A stretch of DNA of 64,000 nt from Vicinamibacterales bacterium (GCA_965222905.1 OZ244976.1:7376488-7440487); one strand, 5' to 3'. Shown: positions 50,286 to 60,607, counted from the stretch's first letter. A program made the numbers and translations. The notes: generated by a model not told the origin, from the letters alone.

Positions 50286-51762
50286 ATGACCCGCCTGCTG
50301 AACCTCCCTACCCGCATCTGCACCGTCCCCTTGCCCAGAATGGCTCTCCCCACCCTCTTGTCGGCCGTCCTGTTGGCGGCGGGAGCGTTCGCACCCGACA
50401 TGGCCGCGCAGGAGATCCTCATCAGCGAGGGCACGGTGGTCACCTCGGAGGGGCGGTTCGACGCCGACGTGCGGGTCCGGGACGGGACCATCGTCGAGAT
50501 CGGGACCGAACTGGCCGCGGGGGCCAGCGCCCGCGCGATCGATGCCACCGGGCTGCTGGTCATGCCGGGCGGAGTGGATCCGCACGTCCACCTGGGGGGA
50601 AGCACCCGCGACGACTACCGCACCGGGTCGCAGGCGGCGCTCGCGGGAGGCATCACCACGATCTCGAACTTCGCCTTCCCGGCCGAAGGGCGGACGCTCG
50701 CCCAGGCCATCGCGCGCGAGGCGGCGCTCATCCGTGAGCAGAAGATCGCGGACGTCATCCTGCACGCGGGCATCACCCCCAGAACCCAGGAAGGCGAGAT
50801 GACCACCCTGGCCGCCGAGACCGGTCAGACCAGCACCAAGATCTTCATGGTGTGGACCACGTTCGATGCCAATGTGCCCGACTACGTGGCGACGATGGAC
50901 GCGGCGGGGCGCGCCGGCATCCTGACCATGGTGCACTGCGAGGACTGGCCCATCCTGGCCCACGCGGTCGGCGAGCTGACCGCCGCCGGGCGCACCTCGC
51001 TCGAGTACCTACCGGACAGTCGCCCCGTGGTCGGCGAGGTGGTCGCCACCCAGCGTGCGGTTGCCATGGCCGAGGCCACCCGGGCGCCCATCTATGCGGT
51101 GCACGTCTCCTCGGAGCGCGCGCTGCGGGTGCTGCAGGATGCCCGGGACCGGGGGCTCAGCGTCTTCGTCGAGACCCGCCCCATCTACCTCCACTTCACC
51201 CGGCAGCGCTTCGAGGCCCGGACCGCGGGCTCTACGTGGGGCAGCCGCCGCTGCGTGAGCAGCATGACCAGGACGCGCTTTGGGCCGGCATCGCGAGCGG
51301 ATCGGTGCACGTGCTCGGCACCGACCACGTCGCGTATCTCCGCGAAGAGAAGATGGACCCGTCGCAGACCATCTCCCGTCATCGGGCTGGCCTGAACAAC
51401 CTCCAGGTGGTGCGGCCGATGCTCTATTCCGAGGGCGTCGTCCAGGGGCGCATCTCCGAAGAGCGCTTCGTGGCGGTGACCTCGACCAACGCCGCCAAGC
51501 TCTTCGGGCTCTACCCGCGCAAGGGCACGATCGCGGTGGGCTCGGACGCCGACATCGTCCTCTGGGATCCGGACGAGACGCGCACCATCCACGACGAGGA
51601 CATGTTCTCCGGGGCCGGCTTCTCGGTCTACTCGGGGTGGGAAGTCACGGGCTGGCCCGTGATGACGCTGCGCCGGGGCGAGGTGGTGTATGAGGACCGC
51701 GAGATCCTGGCCGGGCAGGCAGCGGAGAACTACTGCGCCGCGGGAGATGGCAGGCGCCGTAA
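50286..51762 (+). pseudogene. Secreted dihydropyrimidinase/hydantoinase-like amidohydrolase, frameshifted near 51215 and 51715
   Basis: AGGAGG RBS, signal peptide, PGGVDPHVH, VHCED, HVSS, GTDH, NAAKLFGLYPRKGTIAVGSDADIV. Confidence 0.85.
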
Positions 51763-51861
51763 GGTCGGGAAACGCAGGCCCTCATCACGCCCAACCGCCT
51801 CCGAGCACGTCAGGTCGCCGTTTCCGTTGGCGTCCCAGTACTCGAAGTCGCACGCCGACGG

Positions 51862-52199
51862 TGGATGACCAGCCAGTCGCACAGCACCCGGATGGCGGCC
51901 AGATGCTGTTTGACCGTCGGCGCCGACCCCGGATGCGTGCGGATATAGGCCGCCACGTGCAGCGGGGCGATCGCGCGCAAGCCCAGGCCACGAGCCGCAC
52001 ACCACGACAGGAACCGCCCCACGGTCCGCCCGTACGCCGCCCGCGTCCGCCCGTTGGCAATCGAGGCGGCGAAGAACTCCAGAAACCGCTCGACGGCCAC
52101 CGGACCCGCATCCACGATCACCGCCGGCAGCGCCATGCCCGCCGACCCGGGGCGGGCGACTGGCGGCCGGGTGACCGCCGGAACCAGGGCCTCGCTCAT
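51862..52199 (-). pseudogene. Tyrosine recombinase N-terminal (SAM-like) fragment
   Basis: RFLEFFAASIANGRTRAAY...FLSWC...PLHVAAYI...TVKQHLAAIR.LCDWLV, then truncated. Confidence 0.75.
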
Positions 52200-52435
52200 G
52201 CCGAACTCCCCTCCTCGGCGCGCATCCTGACCGCTGTCGCCCGACGACGCCACTACCGGGATCGATCACGCCGGTCGCAGCCATCTCATGCGCGCGTACC
52301 TCGGCATCGGTCCCCACGTCCAGGATCCGGCCAGCCGGCGATGGCGATGGCCTGCGCTCGCGGCGCGTGTCCCGTCCGCAGGATTTCCCGGCGTCAACCC
52401 GGCACGTGACAGCAAATGCGCTATCATTTTGACCA

Positions 52436-52855
52436 TTGCGGATCGTCGTGGACACGAACGTCTTCGTCGCGGCCACTTCGAGCGCGAGCGGCGCCAGCCG
52501 AGAGGTTCTGCGTCGCTGCCTGTCGGGTCGATACGAGCCGCTGATGGGTCAGGCCCTGTTCGCGGAGTACGAGTCGGTGCTGGCGCGGTCCGACCCGTTC
52601 CTCCGCTCGCCGATCTCCGACCGGGAACGCGATGCGCTGTTGGCCTCGCTCATCAGTCGCTGCACGTGGGTGCGCGTGTACTACCTGTGGCGACCGAATC
52701 TGCCCGATGAAGCCGACAATCATCTTGTCGAGCTGGCGGTCGCCGGGAACGCGGGGGCCATCGTCACCCACAACACGCGGGATTTCGAACGCACCGAGAT
52801 GCGCTTCCCGGAGTTGCATATCGTGACGCCAGCAGCGCTGATTGCCGAGCACTAG
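52436..52855 (+). CDS. PIN-domain toxin
   Basis: MRIVVDTNVF, EY, PNLPDEADNH..ELAV and VTHNTRDF motifs. Confidence 0.9.
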   Translation: MRIVVDTNVFVAATSSASGASREVLRRCLSGRYEPLMGQALFAEYESVLARSDPFLRSPISDRERDALLASLISRCTWVRVYYLWRPNLPDEADNHLVELAVAGNAGAIVTHNTRDFERTEMRFPELHIVTPAALIAEH

Positions 52856-52857
52856 CC

Positions 52858-53085
52858 ATGTCCACACTGACCATCCGTCTCCCCGGCGACACGCACGCAC
52901 GAATGAAGGCTCTCGCGCGACAGCGCGCCATGAGCGTCAACAAGCTCATGGAAGAGCTGTGCACCATCGCCGTCACGCAGCATGACGCGGAGACGCGATT
53001 CCGGGCGCTCTCTGCGCGCGGATCCATCGACGAAGGGCTCCGCGTCCTCGACAAGCTGGATGATGCGCTCGGCGGCGGCGAATGA
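52858..53085 (+). CDS. Ribbon-helix-helix antitoxin (HicB-like/CopG)
   Basis: LTIRLP..THARMKALARQRAMSVNKLMEE, starting 2 nt after the toxin stop. Confidence 0.85.
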   Translation: MSTLTIRLPGDTHARMKALARQRAMSVNKLMEELCTIAVTQHDAETRFRALSARGSIDEGLRVLDKLDDALGGGE

Positions 53086-53334
53086 CCGCCTCGCTCCGAA
53101 TCTCGGTGGCCGACCGCACGGTCCGAACTCGACGACGAGCTTCAGATCGAGCGCCGCCCCTCACGATGTCTTGCATGCCCCAGATCCGTCCGAAAATTGA
53201 CACCCAAAGTGACACCCTACGGAGCGGACGCCCGTGCGATTTCTGGACACCACTGGAAGCGAACGTCCGCGATTCCCTCAGCAAAAATGCACCGTTGGAC
53301 GCTATCGGACGCTGTCGGAACGGCGGGAACCGAC

Positions 53335-53379
53335 CTTTTAATCAGGGTGTCGCTGGTTCGATCCCAGCGCGGCCCACCA
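53335..53379 (+). other. 3' half of tRNA-Lys(UUU), att-site duplication
   Basis: CTTTTAA anticodon loop, T-arm GCTGGTTCGATCCCAGC and GGCCCA-CCA end. No 5' acceptor strand or D-arm upstream. Confidence 0.8.
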
Positions 53380-53425
53380 ATAGAATCAATGTTTTTTGAG
53401 CCGCACCGCTCTTACCACCCTCATG

Positions 53426-55888
53426 CTAGGGCTGCCCGTGGCCCATAATTTTTTGCTGGACTTCCTGCCGCCACTTCGCTACGGTGGCCGGCATGGAGAT
53501 TCAGAATCAGGTCTCACGTATTCTACGGGACAACCTCGCCCGCCTGCGCGACGTGCTGGACGGGGCGGTTTCGCAGGGTGTCGGCAGCCTCGGCCAAGTC
53601 GCTGATCGCGTCTGTGAAGCGTTCGATTTCCGCGACGGACGGGGCCGGTGGCAACGCGCGAGCTGCTGCCGGGCGTTGTCCGACCTGCAGGCGGCCGGCC
53701 ACGTCTCGCTGCCTGCGGGTCGAGGTGCCCGCGGTGGTGGGGGCCGGGCGCGGGTGCTCCCGCACCCGCTGGCGCCGGCGGTGGACGTGCCGGACACGGT
53801 CGGCAAGGTTGTGGGTCTGACCCTGGAGCTGGTGGAAACCGACGAGCAGCGGCAGGTCTGGAACACGCTGATGGCGTACGAGCACCCGCGCGGGGCTGGT
53901 CCGTTCGTCGGCCCGCAACTGCGGTATCTGGTGGGTTCGGCGCATGGCTGGCTGGGCGGGGTCGGGTTTGCGGCGAGTGCGCGGCGGCTGCGGTCCCGCG
54001 ACGCCTGGGTCGGGTGGGACGATGCGGGCCGGCGCGCGCACCTGCACCGGGTGTTGGGACTGTGCCGGCTGCTGGTGCGCCCCGGCATTATGTGTCGCAA
54101 CCTGGCCTCGCACGTGCTGGGCCGGGTCGTCCGGACGGTCGGCGACGACTGCGAGGGTCTGTATGGCTATCGCCCCTGGCTGCTGGAGACGTTCGTCGAC
54201 GAGACCGAACAGACGGGGGCGAGCGTGCGCGCGGCGAACTGGGTTCGGGTGGGTGAGACCTGCGGTCGCGGTCGCCAGGATCGCACGCACGCGGCGCCGG
54301 AAACGCGCAAGGCGGTGTATATGTATGCGTTGGAGCCGGCGTGGCACACCCGCCTCGCAGTGCCTGCACCGGTCTTGGCGCCGCTGGCGGTTGGCGACGG
54401 TCTCGACGCCGCGGTCTGGGCGGAGCACGAGTTCGGCGGGGCGCGTTTGGGCGACGCGCGTCTGAGCGCGCGGCTGGTGCAGAGCGCGCAGCAAATGGCA
54501 GAGTCTCCGATGCGCGCCATCACCGGCGCCGCCCACGGCGCCCGCGCGATGGTCAAGGGCCATTACCGGCTGATCGACCAGCCCGCCGACAGTGCGGTGA
54601 CGGTCGACAACATCCTCGCGCCGCATCGCGAGCAGACGCTGCGCCGGATGCAGGCGCACGACACGGTGCTGTGCATCCAGGACGGCACCCGGTTGAACTT
54701 CACCCGGCGCGGGCAGACGCAGGGGCTGGGGGCCATCGGCTCGAACCAGACCGGGGCGGTGGCGCGCGGCCTGGAGTTGCACACGACCTTGGCCGTCAAT
54801 CCCGACGGGCTGGCGTTGGGCGTGCTGCGGGCCGCCTTCGACGCGCCTGCGCCCCCGAATCCCGAGGCGGAAGGCGAGCCGCCCCCGAAGCCGCGCGAGG
54901 AGCGCAAGTCGTTCCGTTGGATCGAGGGGCTGCGCGACTGCGCGCAGGCAGCCGAACAATTGTCCGAGACCCGCGTGGTGTGCGTGATGGACCGCGAGGC
55001 CGATTTCCTCGACCTGTTCGTCGAGCACCGCGCGGCTGCCCAGCAGGTCGACCTGCTGGTCCGCGCCAAGGCCGACCGCGTCCTCGGCAGGGAAAAGACG
55101 CCCGACGGGCAGACGGTCTCACGCCGTCTGTTCGATACGGTGCGCAACGCGCCGGCCCGAGGCGCCGCCAAGGTCGAGGTGCAGCGGCTGAGCGCGCGCG
55201 TGAAGGCCAGCAAACAGGCCCGCAAGGACCGCCGGGCGGAGCGGGTCGCCGACGTGACGCTGCGCTACCAGCAGGTGCCGCTGCCCTGCCCCGGCGACGA
55301 GCCGGTCGCACTGTGGGTCGTCCACGTGCGCGAGGAACAACCACCGCCCGCGGTCGAGCCGCTGGAGTGGTTCCTGCTGACCACGTTGCCCGTGAGCAGC
55401 GCCGACGACGCCATGCGCATCCTGCAATGGTACGTCCGGCGCTGGCGCATCGAAGAATACTTCCGGGTGCTCAAGTCCGGCTGCAAGGTCGAGGAGTTGC
55501 AGCACCACACGGCCGAGCGGCTCGAACGCGCCATGGCCATCAAGATGGTCATCGCGTGGCGCATCCAGTTGATGGTCCAACTCGGGCGCGAAGTGCCCGA
55601 CCTGCCGGGCGACCTGCTGTTCTCCGATGGCGAGTTGCGCGTGCTCGCCACCTTCGCCCGCTCACGCAAGCTGCCGCCGCCGACGCGCCTCGGCGACGCT
55701 GTCGGCCTGGTCGGGCGCCTCGGCGGGTGGCTCGGACGCCAACGCGACCCGCCCGGCGCACAGTTGATGTGGCACGGCTACACTCAACTGGTTGCCATGA
55801 CCTTTGGCTTCGAACTGCGGGACGAGTTCGGATGACCTCCTGCTCACTACAGTCCAGCCCCGGACATCCGGGGCACGGGCAGTGCTAG
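53426..55888 (+). mobile_element. IS4-family element
   Basis: Ends CTAGGGCTGCCCGTGGCCC and GGGGCACGGGCAGTGCTAG form imperfect inverted repeats, each with CTAG. Confidence 0.8.
53493..55835 (+). CDS. DUF4338-domain/IS4 (Tn5-like) transposase fusion
   Basis: N-terminal GPQLRYLV, RDAWVGW, RLLVRP..CRNLAS, ETFVD and RAANW. C-terminal GDARL..RL, IQDGT.LNF, MDREADF, W.LLTT and Y.RRWRIEEYFRVLKSGC. Confidence 0.88.
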   Translation: MEIQNQVSRILRDNLARLRDVLDGAVSQGVGSLGQVADRVCEAFDFRDGRGRWQRASCCRALSDLQAAGHVSLPAGRGARGGGGRARVLPHPLAPAVDVPDTVGKVVGLTLELVETDEQRQVWNTLMAYEHPRGAGPFVGPQLRYLVGSAHGWLGGVGFAASARRLRSRDAWVGWDDAGRRAHLHRVLGLCRLLVRPGIMCRNLASHVLGRVVRTVGDDCEGLYGYRPWLLETFVDETEQTGASVRAANWVRVGETCGRGRQDRTHAAPETRKAVYMYALEPAWHTRLAVPAPVLAPLAVGDGLDAAVWAEHEFGGARLGDARLSARLVQSAQQMAESPMRAITGAAHGARAMVKGHYRLIDQPADSAVTVDNILAPHREQTLRRMQAHDTVLCIQDGTRLNFTRRGQTQGLGAIGSNQTGAVARGLELHTTLAVNPDGLALGVLRAAFDAPAPPNPEAEGEPPPKPREERKSFRWIEGLRDCAQAAEQLSETRVVCVMDREADFLDLFVEHRAAAQQVDLLVRAKADRVLGREKTPDGQTVSRRLFDTVRNAPARGAAKVEVQRLSARVKASKQARKDRRAERVADVTLRYQQVPLPCPGDEPVALWVVHVREEQPPPAVEPLEWFLLTTLPVSSADDAMRILQWYVRRWRIEEYFRVLKSGCKVEELQHHTAERLERAMAIKMVIAWRIQLMVQLGREVPDLPGDLLFSDGELRVLATFARSRKLPPPTRLGDAVGLVGRLGGWLGRQRDPPGAQLMWHGYTQLVAMTFGFELRDEFG

Positions 55889-57596
55889 GGTCCAAATAGG
55901 GTCCAATCCGAGTCGGCACGCCGGGCGTGCCCCGCGGCCGGGCGAAATGGCCTGCACCACCGATGCAGCAACTCCGGCGACCGATCGGTCTCCGCGTAGG
56001 TCCCCGAAGGACCCGGCTCGGGGGCTAAGGTCCTTTGCCCGGCCGGTCTTCCTCCGCGGCTCTACATCTTCCGCGAGCCGAGGATCGTGGAGGTCTCCGT
56101 GCCGGCAACGCCTCTAGGTCCACCCGATCGCCGGGCGACCGACCGAGTCAGATCCCGGTACGAGCTACGTCGAACCACGTTGAGTAGACGCGTGCCGAAG
56201 AAACCGGGAACGACACAATCCGAGTTGAGCATCTATGGCAAAGTACAGCCGGCTTGATTCTCTCGGCAAAGGCGGATTCGGCGAGGTGTTCGTCTGCCAG
56301 CGCCACACGGACGACGAGAGATTCGCGATGAAAGTCTTGTTGCCAGATCAGGACGACAAGGCCGTCGCACGGTTTCGACGGGAAGTACGGCTTCTCTCGA
56401 ACCTTGACCACCCCAACGTGGTGAAGGTCGTCGACATGCAACTCGATGTCGAACCCCTTTTCTACGTGATGCCTCTGTACGACACTTCGCTGGACAAAGA
56501 ACTCGCGGGGACAGCTGGCGACGAGGACCGCATCGCGAGGATCTTCGCGTCGATCCTCGATGGGGTCGCGTACGCTCATGCCGAGGAGGTGATCCATCGC
56601 GATCTGAAGCCGGGGAACATTTTGATGAACTACGACGGTGGTCTCGTCGTGTCGGACTTCGGCCTCGGTCGGAGGCTAGATTCAGATTCGCTCTTGACAA
56701 CGAGCAAGGTGGGCCTCGGCACTCTGTTCTATACCGCCCCGGAGCAATGGACAGATCTCAAGAACGTGGACGCGCGAGCGGACGTGTTTTCTCTGGGGCA
56801 GATTCTCCATGCGCTCTATACGGGCTCGCAAGCCCCAACACAGGATACTTCTGAACTTCCAGACGCCATTGCTCTGATCGTTAATGGCTGTACACATCGA
56901 GCTCCCGCCAGGCGATTCCCGAGCGTCGTCCTACTGAGAGAGGCATTCGTCAGCCTCGCCGATAGCGGACAACCACAGGGCCAGCTACAGGAACTCCTCG
57001 CACTCCGGGCGCAGTTTTCCACTCCAACGGATCCAGCAACCCAGGACCTCGACCGATTCATCCTCCTCCTCGCGAAGCATCACGAAAGCGAAGAAGACCT
57101 CTTGCATCAGACGCTGATGGACGTGCATGCCGATGTGATAGGTGCCCTCCTGAAAAAGCACCCCGCAACGATGAAGGGTCTGCTGGACCAGTTCCTGACC
57201 GATGCCGCCAGCCGTAGCTGGGAATTCTCCTATACGGACAGGATTGCCGGACAGTGTAGAGCCATCTTCGACGTCACCGACGACCCGGAGGTTCGGGCCG
57301 CGCTAGCTGTGACAATCGGCACAATCGGCGTGGGCCACAACCGCTACTATGTGATCGGAGTTGCTCAGAATCTGCTCCAAGGCGAGAAGACAACTGCCGA
57401 GCGGATGGCGTTGGCTGCGCGGTGGGATGCCCTTGACGATTGGATAATGGGTATTCCGGAGGAAGTGGAACACGGAATCCGGAGGAAGTGGAACATCGAT
57501 TCCGGAGGAAGTGGAACAGCGGTTCCGGAGGTCGTGAACGCTCGTCGGTAGCTTGACCCGGCATGCTCTTGCCCTTTCGACAGGAGGGGCGTGGCG

Positions 57597-59159
57597 ATGC
57601 CGGCACGGAGGCTGCTGATGAGGAAGATCCGCGAGGTTTTACGACTCAAGCACGAGCAAGGACTGTCCCACCAGGCGGTGGCGCAGGCGTGCGCCGTCGG
57701 CGTGGGGACGGTCAATCGCTATCTGCAGAGGGCGGCGCAACGTGGGCTCGGCTGGCCGTTGCCGGCCGATTTGGACGACGCGGCGCTCGAGGCTCGATTG
57801 TTTCCACGCGCCGCGCCGGTGCACGACCGGATCCGGCCCGACTGCGCGTACATCCACCGCGAGCTCAAGCGCGACAGCGTCACGCTGCAGTTGCTGTGGG
57901 AGGAGTACGCGCAAATCCATCCGGACGGCTACGGCCGCACCCAGTTCTGCGAGATCTACCGGCAATGGACGCGGCGGCTGCGGCCGTCGATGCGGCAGGT
58001 GCACCGCGCCGGCGAGAAGACGTTCATCGACTACTCCGGCAAGCGGCCGAGCCTGGTCGACCGGCGCACGGGTGAGCTCCGACGCGTCGAGCTGTTCGTC
58101 GCCGTGCTCGGCGCCAGCAGCCTCACCTACGCCGCGGCGACCGAGACCCAGCAGTTGCCGGACTGGATCGACGCGCATATCCGCATGGTGGAGTACTTCG
58201 GCGGCGCTACCACGTTGTGGGTCCCCGACCAGCTCAAGAGCGCCATCACCCGCCCCTGCCGCTACGAGCCCGGCGTCAACCGCACCTACGAGGACCTGGC
58301 CACCCACTACGGCGCCGTCGTCGTTCCGGCGCGACCGAGGAAACCTCGGGATAAGGCTGCTGTGGAGAATTGTGTACTCATCGCACAGCGGTGGATACTC
58401 GCCCGCCTCCGCGACCAGACCTTCTTCGAGCTCGGCCCGTTGAACGCCGCGATCCGCGTCCTGCTCGACGAGCTCAACGACCGGCCGATGAAGAAGCTGG
58501 GCGTCAGCCGCCGCGCCCTCTACGAGCAGGTCGACCGGCCGGCGCTCCGGTCCCTGCCGACCGCGCGCTACGTCCTGGCGCACTGGAAGCTGTGCCGCGC
58601 CAACATCGACTACCACGTCGAGGTCGAGCGCCACGTCTATAGCGTGCCGTTCCAGCTGGTCCGCGAGCAGGTCGAGGTCCGCTACACCACGAACACGGTC
58701 GAGATCTTCTATCGCGGCAAGCGACTGACGTCGCACCGGCGGCGCTACGACGGGCAGCCGTCCACCCATCGCGAGCACATGCCGAGCGCCCACCGCGCGC
58801 ATGCCGAGTGGACGCCGTCGCGGCTGATCCGTTGGGCCGAGCAGGCCGGACCGGCGACCGGACAGCTCGTCGCCCAGATCATCGAGCGTCGCCCGCACCC
58901 GGAGCAAGGGTATCGAGCCTGCCTGGGGATCATGCGCCTGGGACAGCAGTACGGGAACGACCGGCTCGACGCGGCGAGCGCTCGCGCGATGGCACTCGGC
59001 TCCTACCGCTATCGCACCGTCAAGAACATTCTCGCCGCCGGCCAGGACCGTCTGCCTCTGGAGCCGGCGGCCGAGACGACCCCGACGCCCACGCACACCA
59101 ACATCCGCGGCGCCGACTACTACGCCGCGGCCACGACCGAGGAGGAGGACCGATGCTGA
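57597..59159 (+). CDS. istA: IS21 transposase
   Basis: MRKIREVLRL, LQLLWEEY, FIDYSG, VPDQLKS, PRKPRDKAAVE and HVYSVP motifs. Confidence 0.93.
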   Translation: MPARRLLMRKIREVLRLKHEQGLSHQAVAQACAVGVGTVNRYLQRAAQRGLGWPLPADLDDAALEARLFPRAAPVHDRIRPDCAYIHRELKRDSVTLQLLWEEYAQIHPDGYGRTQFCEIYRQWTRRLRPSMRQVHRAGEKTFIDYSGKRPSLVDRRTGELRRVELFVAVLGASSLTYAAATETQQLPDWIDAHIRMVEYFGGATTLWVPDQLKSAITRPCRYEPGVNRTYEDLATHYGAVVVPARPRKPRDKAAVENCVLIAQRWILARLRDQTFFELGPLNAAIRVLLDELNDRPMKKLGVSRRALYEQVDRPALRSLPTARYVLAHWKLCRANIDYHVEVERHVYSVPFQLVREQVEVRYTTNTVEIFYRGKRLTSHRRRYDGQPSTHREHMPSAHRAHAEWTPSRLIRWAEQAGPATGQLVAQIIERRPHPEQGYRACLGIMRLGQQYGNDRLDAASARAMALGSYRYRTVKNILAAGQDRLPLEPAAETTPTPTHTNIRGADYYAAATTEEEDRC

Positions 59160-59911
59160 TCGAACAGACCGTCGACAAACTCAACGCCATGAAGCTGGGC
59201 GCGATGGCCGACGCCGTCCAGCAACAACTGCAGAGCGGCGAGGCCGCCACGCTCGGCTTCGAGGAGCGTTTCGGCCTGCTGGTCGACGCCGAGTGGACGG
59301 CCCGCGAACAGCGCAAGCTGCAACGGCGCCTGCAGACGGCCAAGCTGCGTCATCCGGCGACGCTCGAGGCCGTCGACTTCACGCCTGCCCGACGGCTCAA
59401 CCGCCAGCAGGTCCTGACGCTGGGAACCTGCGCGTGGCTCGCCGAGCGCCACAACTTGATCGTCACCGGGCCGTGTGGAATCGGGAAGAGTTTTCTCTGT
59501 TGCGCCTTCGTCGAACGGGCGTGTCGCCGCGGCTTCACCGCCCGCTACGTCCGCATGCCGCGCCTGTTGCACGAGGTGGCCGTCGGCCGCGGAGACGGTT
59601 CCTACACGCGGCTGATGGCGCGGCTGGCAAAGCTCGACCTGCTCGCCATCGACGACTGGATGCTCGCGCCGTTGCGTGACGCCGAGCGCCGCGACCTGAC
59701 CGAGGTGATCGAGGACCGCGCCGAACGCGCCTCCACGCTGATCGCCAGCCAGTTGCCGGTGACCGACTGGCACGCCGTCATCGGTGACCCCAACCAGGCC
59801 GACGCCATCTGCGACCGCCTGCTCCACGACGCGCACCGCATCGAGCTGAAGGGCCGCTCGATGCGACGTACGCACGACGCGCCGAACAACCGCCCGAAGG
59901 AGACGACATGA
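59153..59911 (+). CDS. istB: IS21 helper ATPase
   Basis: GPCGIGKS Walker A, LLAIDDW, ASQLPVTDW and ADAICDRL motifs. Confidence 0.93.
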   Translation: MLIEQTVDKLNAMKLGAMADAVQQQLQSGEAATLGFEERFGLLVDAEWTAREQRKLQRRLQTAKLRHPATLEAVDFTPARRLNRQQVLTLGTCAWLAERHNLIVTGPCGIGKSFLCCAFVERACRRGFTARYVRMPRLLHEVAVGRGDGSYTRLMARLAKLDLLAIDDWMLAPLRDAERRDLTEVIEDRAERASTLIASQLPVTDWHAVIGDPNQADAICDRLLHDAHRIELKGRSMRRTHDAPNNRPKETT

Positions 59912-60607
59912 GCACCAGAACGGCAACGCCATTACCGCGGCGAAGCGAAGCCCAGAACCATCGCGCCGGCGACACGCGCGACCGGGGGCCCGTCGGGTCC
60001 GTCCGGCCTGTGGATCCTGCCGGTGATGTGGAAAACGCGCGCGATGCGTTCGGCGCAACTGAGCGGTCGCCGAAGGCGCGTTTCCCACAACACCTTGGAC
60101 GCCGCAGACGGCGCCCACAGGCTCCACAGGCATCTTCGTCCATGCTCTCGAACACCACGTCACGAGTAGAATCTTGAAGGTCTGCTGCGACACCGAGGGG
60201 AGGGAACTGACCGACGAACGTCGCTACGCTCCGACGAGCGTTCCACTTCGCCGGAAACCGTGTTCCAGATCCCCGGAAACGCTGTTCCACTTCACCGGAA
60301 TACCCAGATAAAGCGCGACCTCGGAAATTCCCTAAAGGCGACGGACCTTGACCCCGCGCTGTTGCCGCTCTTCAAGCCCGACGCTGAGCGAGAGGCTTGA
60401 GTTCGCAGCCGGAACTGCGAAGCGCGCGGAAGGTGAGATCCTCCTGTTGTGAACCGCTTCGACCGTAACCCGACATCGGTGTCCGCGGTCACCAAGGGAC
60501 GTGTTCCGTGGCGTCCGTGCTAGGACGAGCGACCTCACCCTCGCCGGACGCGCCATCATGGCGCCGATCAGACAACCGATCCAGTCTGTCTTGTCCGCTC
60601 CGGCCGG

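Larger units (their letters stand above)
57448..60306 (+). mobile_element. IS21-family insertion sequence, complete
   Basis: TGGGTATTCCGG...CCGGAATACCCA ends, several TTCCGG..GAAGTGGAACA repeats at each end, and 5-bp TSD GATAA at 57443-57447 and 60307-60311. Confidence 0.93.
56235..60400 (+). pseudogene. Hanks-type Ser/Thr protein kinase whose last 30 codons are separated by IS21
   Basis: GKGGFGEV, AMK, HPNVV, HRDLKPGN, DFG and YTAPE motifs. Removing IS21 gives ...DDWIKRDLGNSLKATDLDPALLPLFKPDAEREA*. Confidence 0.88.

Noticed and set aside
53300-53379. Intact tRNA-Lys gene
   Set aside because: Only the anticodon loop to CCA is present. There is no 5' acceptor strand or D-arm.
53484-54400. 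Druantia defence system
   Set aside because: The DUF4338-like domain is fused to a transposase inside TIRs, and no DruE helicase or other dru genes are present.
57448-57530. Tandem 23-24 nt periodic repeats (TTCCGGAGGAAGTGGAACA) resembling a mini-CRISPR; mirrored at 60238-60306
   Set aside because: The spacers are only a few nt, and the repeats are the multiple transposase-binding sites at IS21 ends, bounded by TG...CA and a TSD.
56235-57551. Kinase as BREX type 2 PglW
   Set aside because: It is too short, has no NERD or additional domains, and is oriented opposite to the brx genes.
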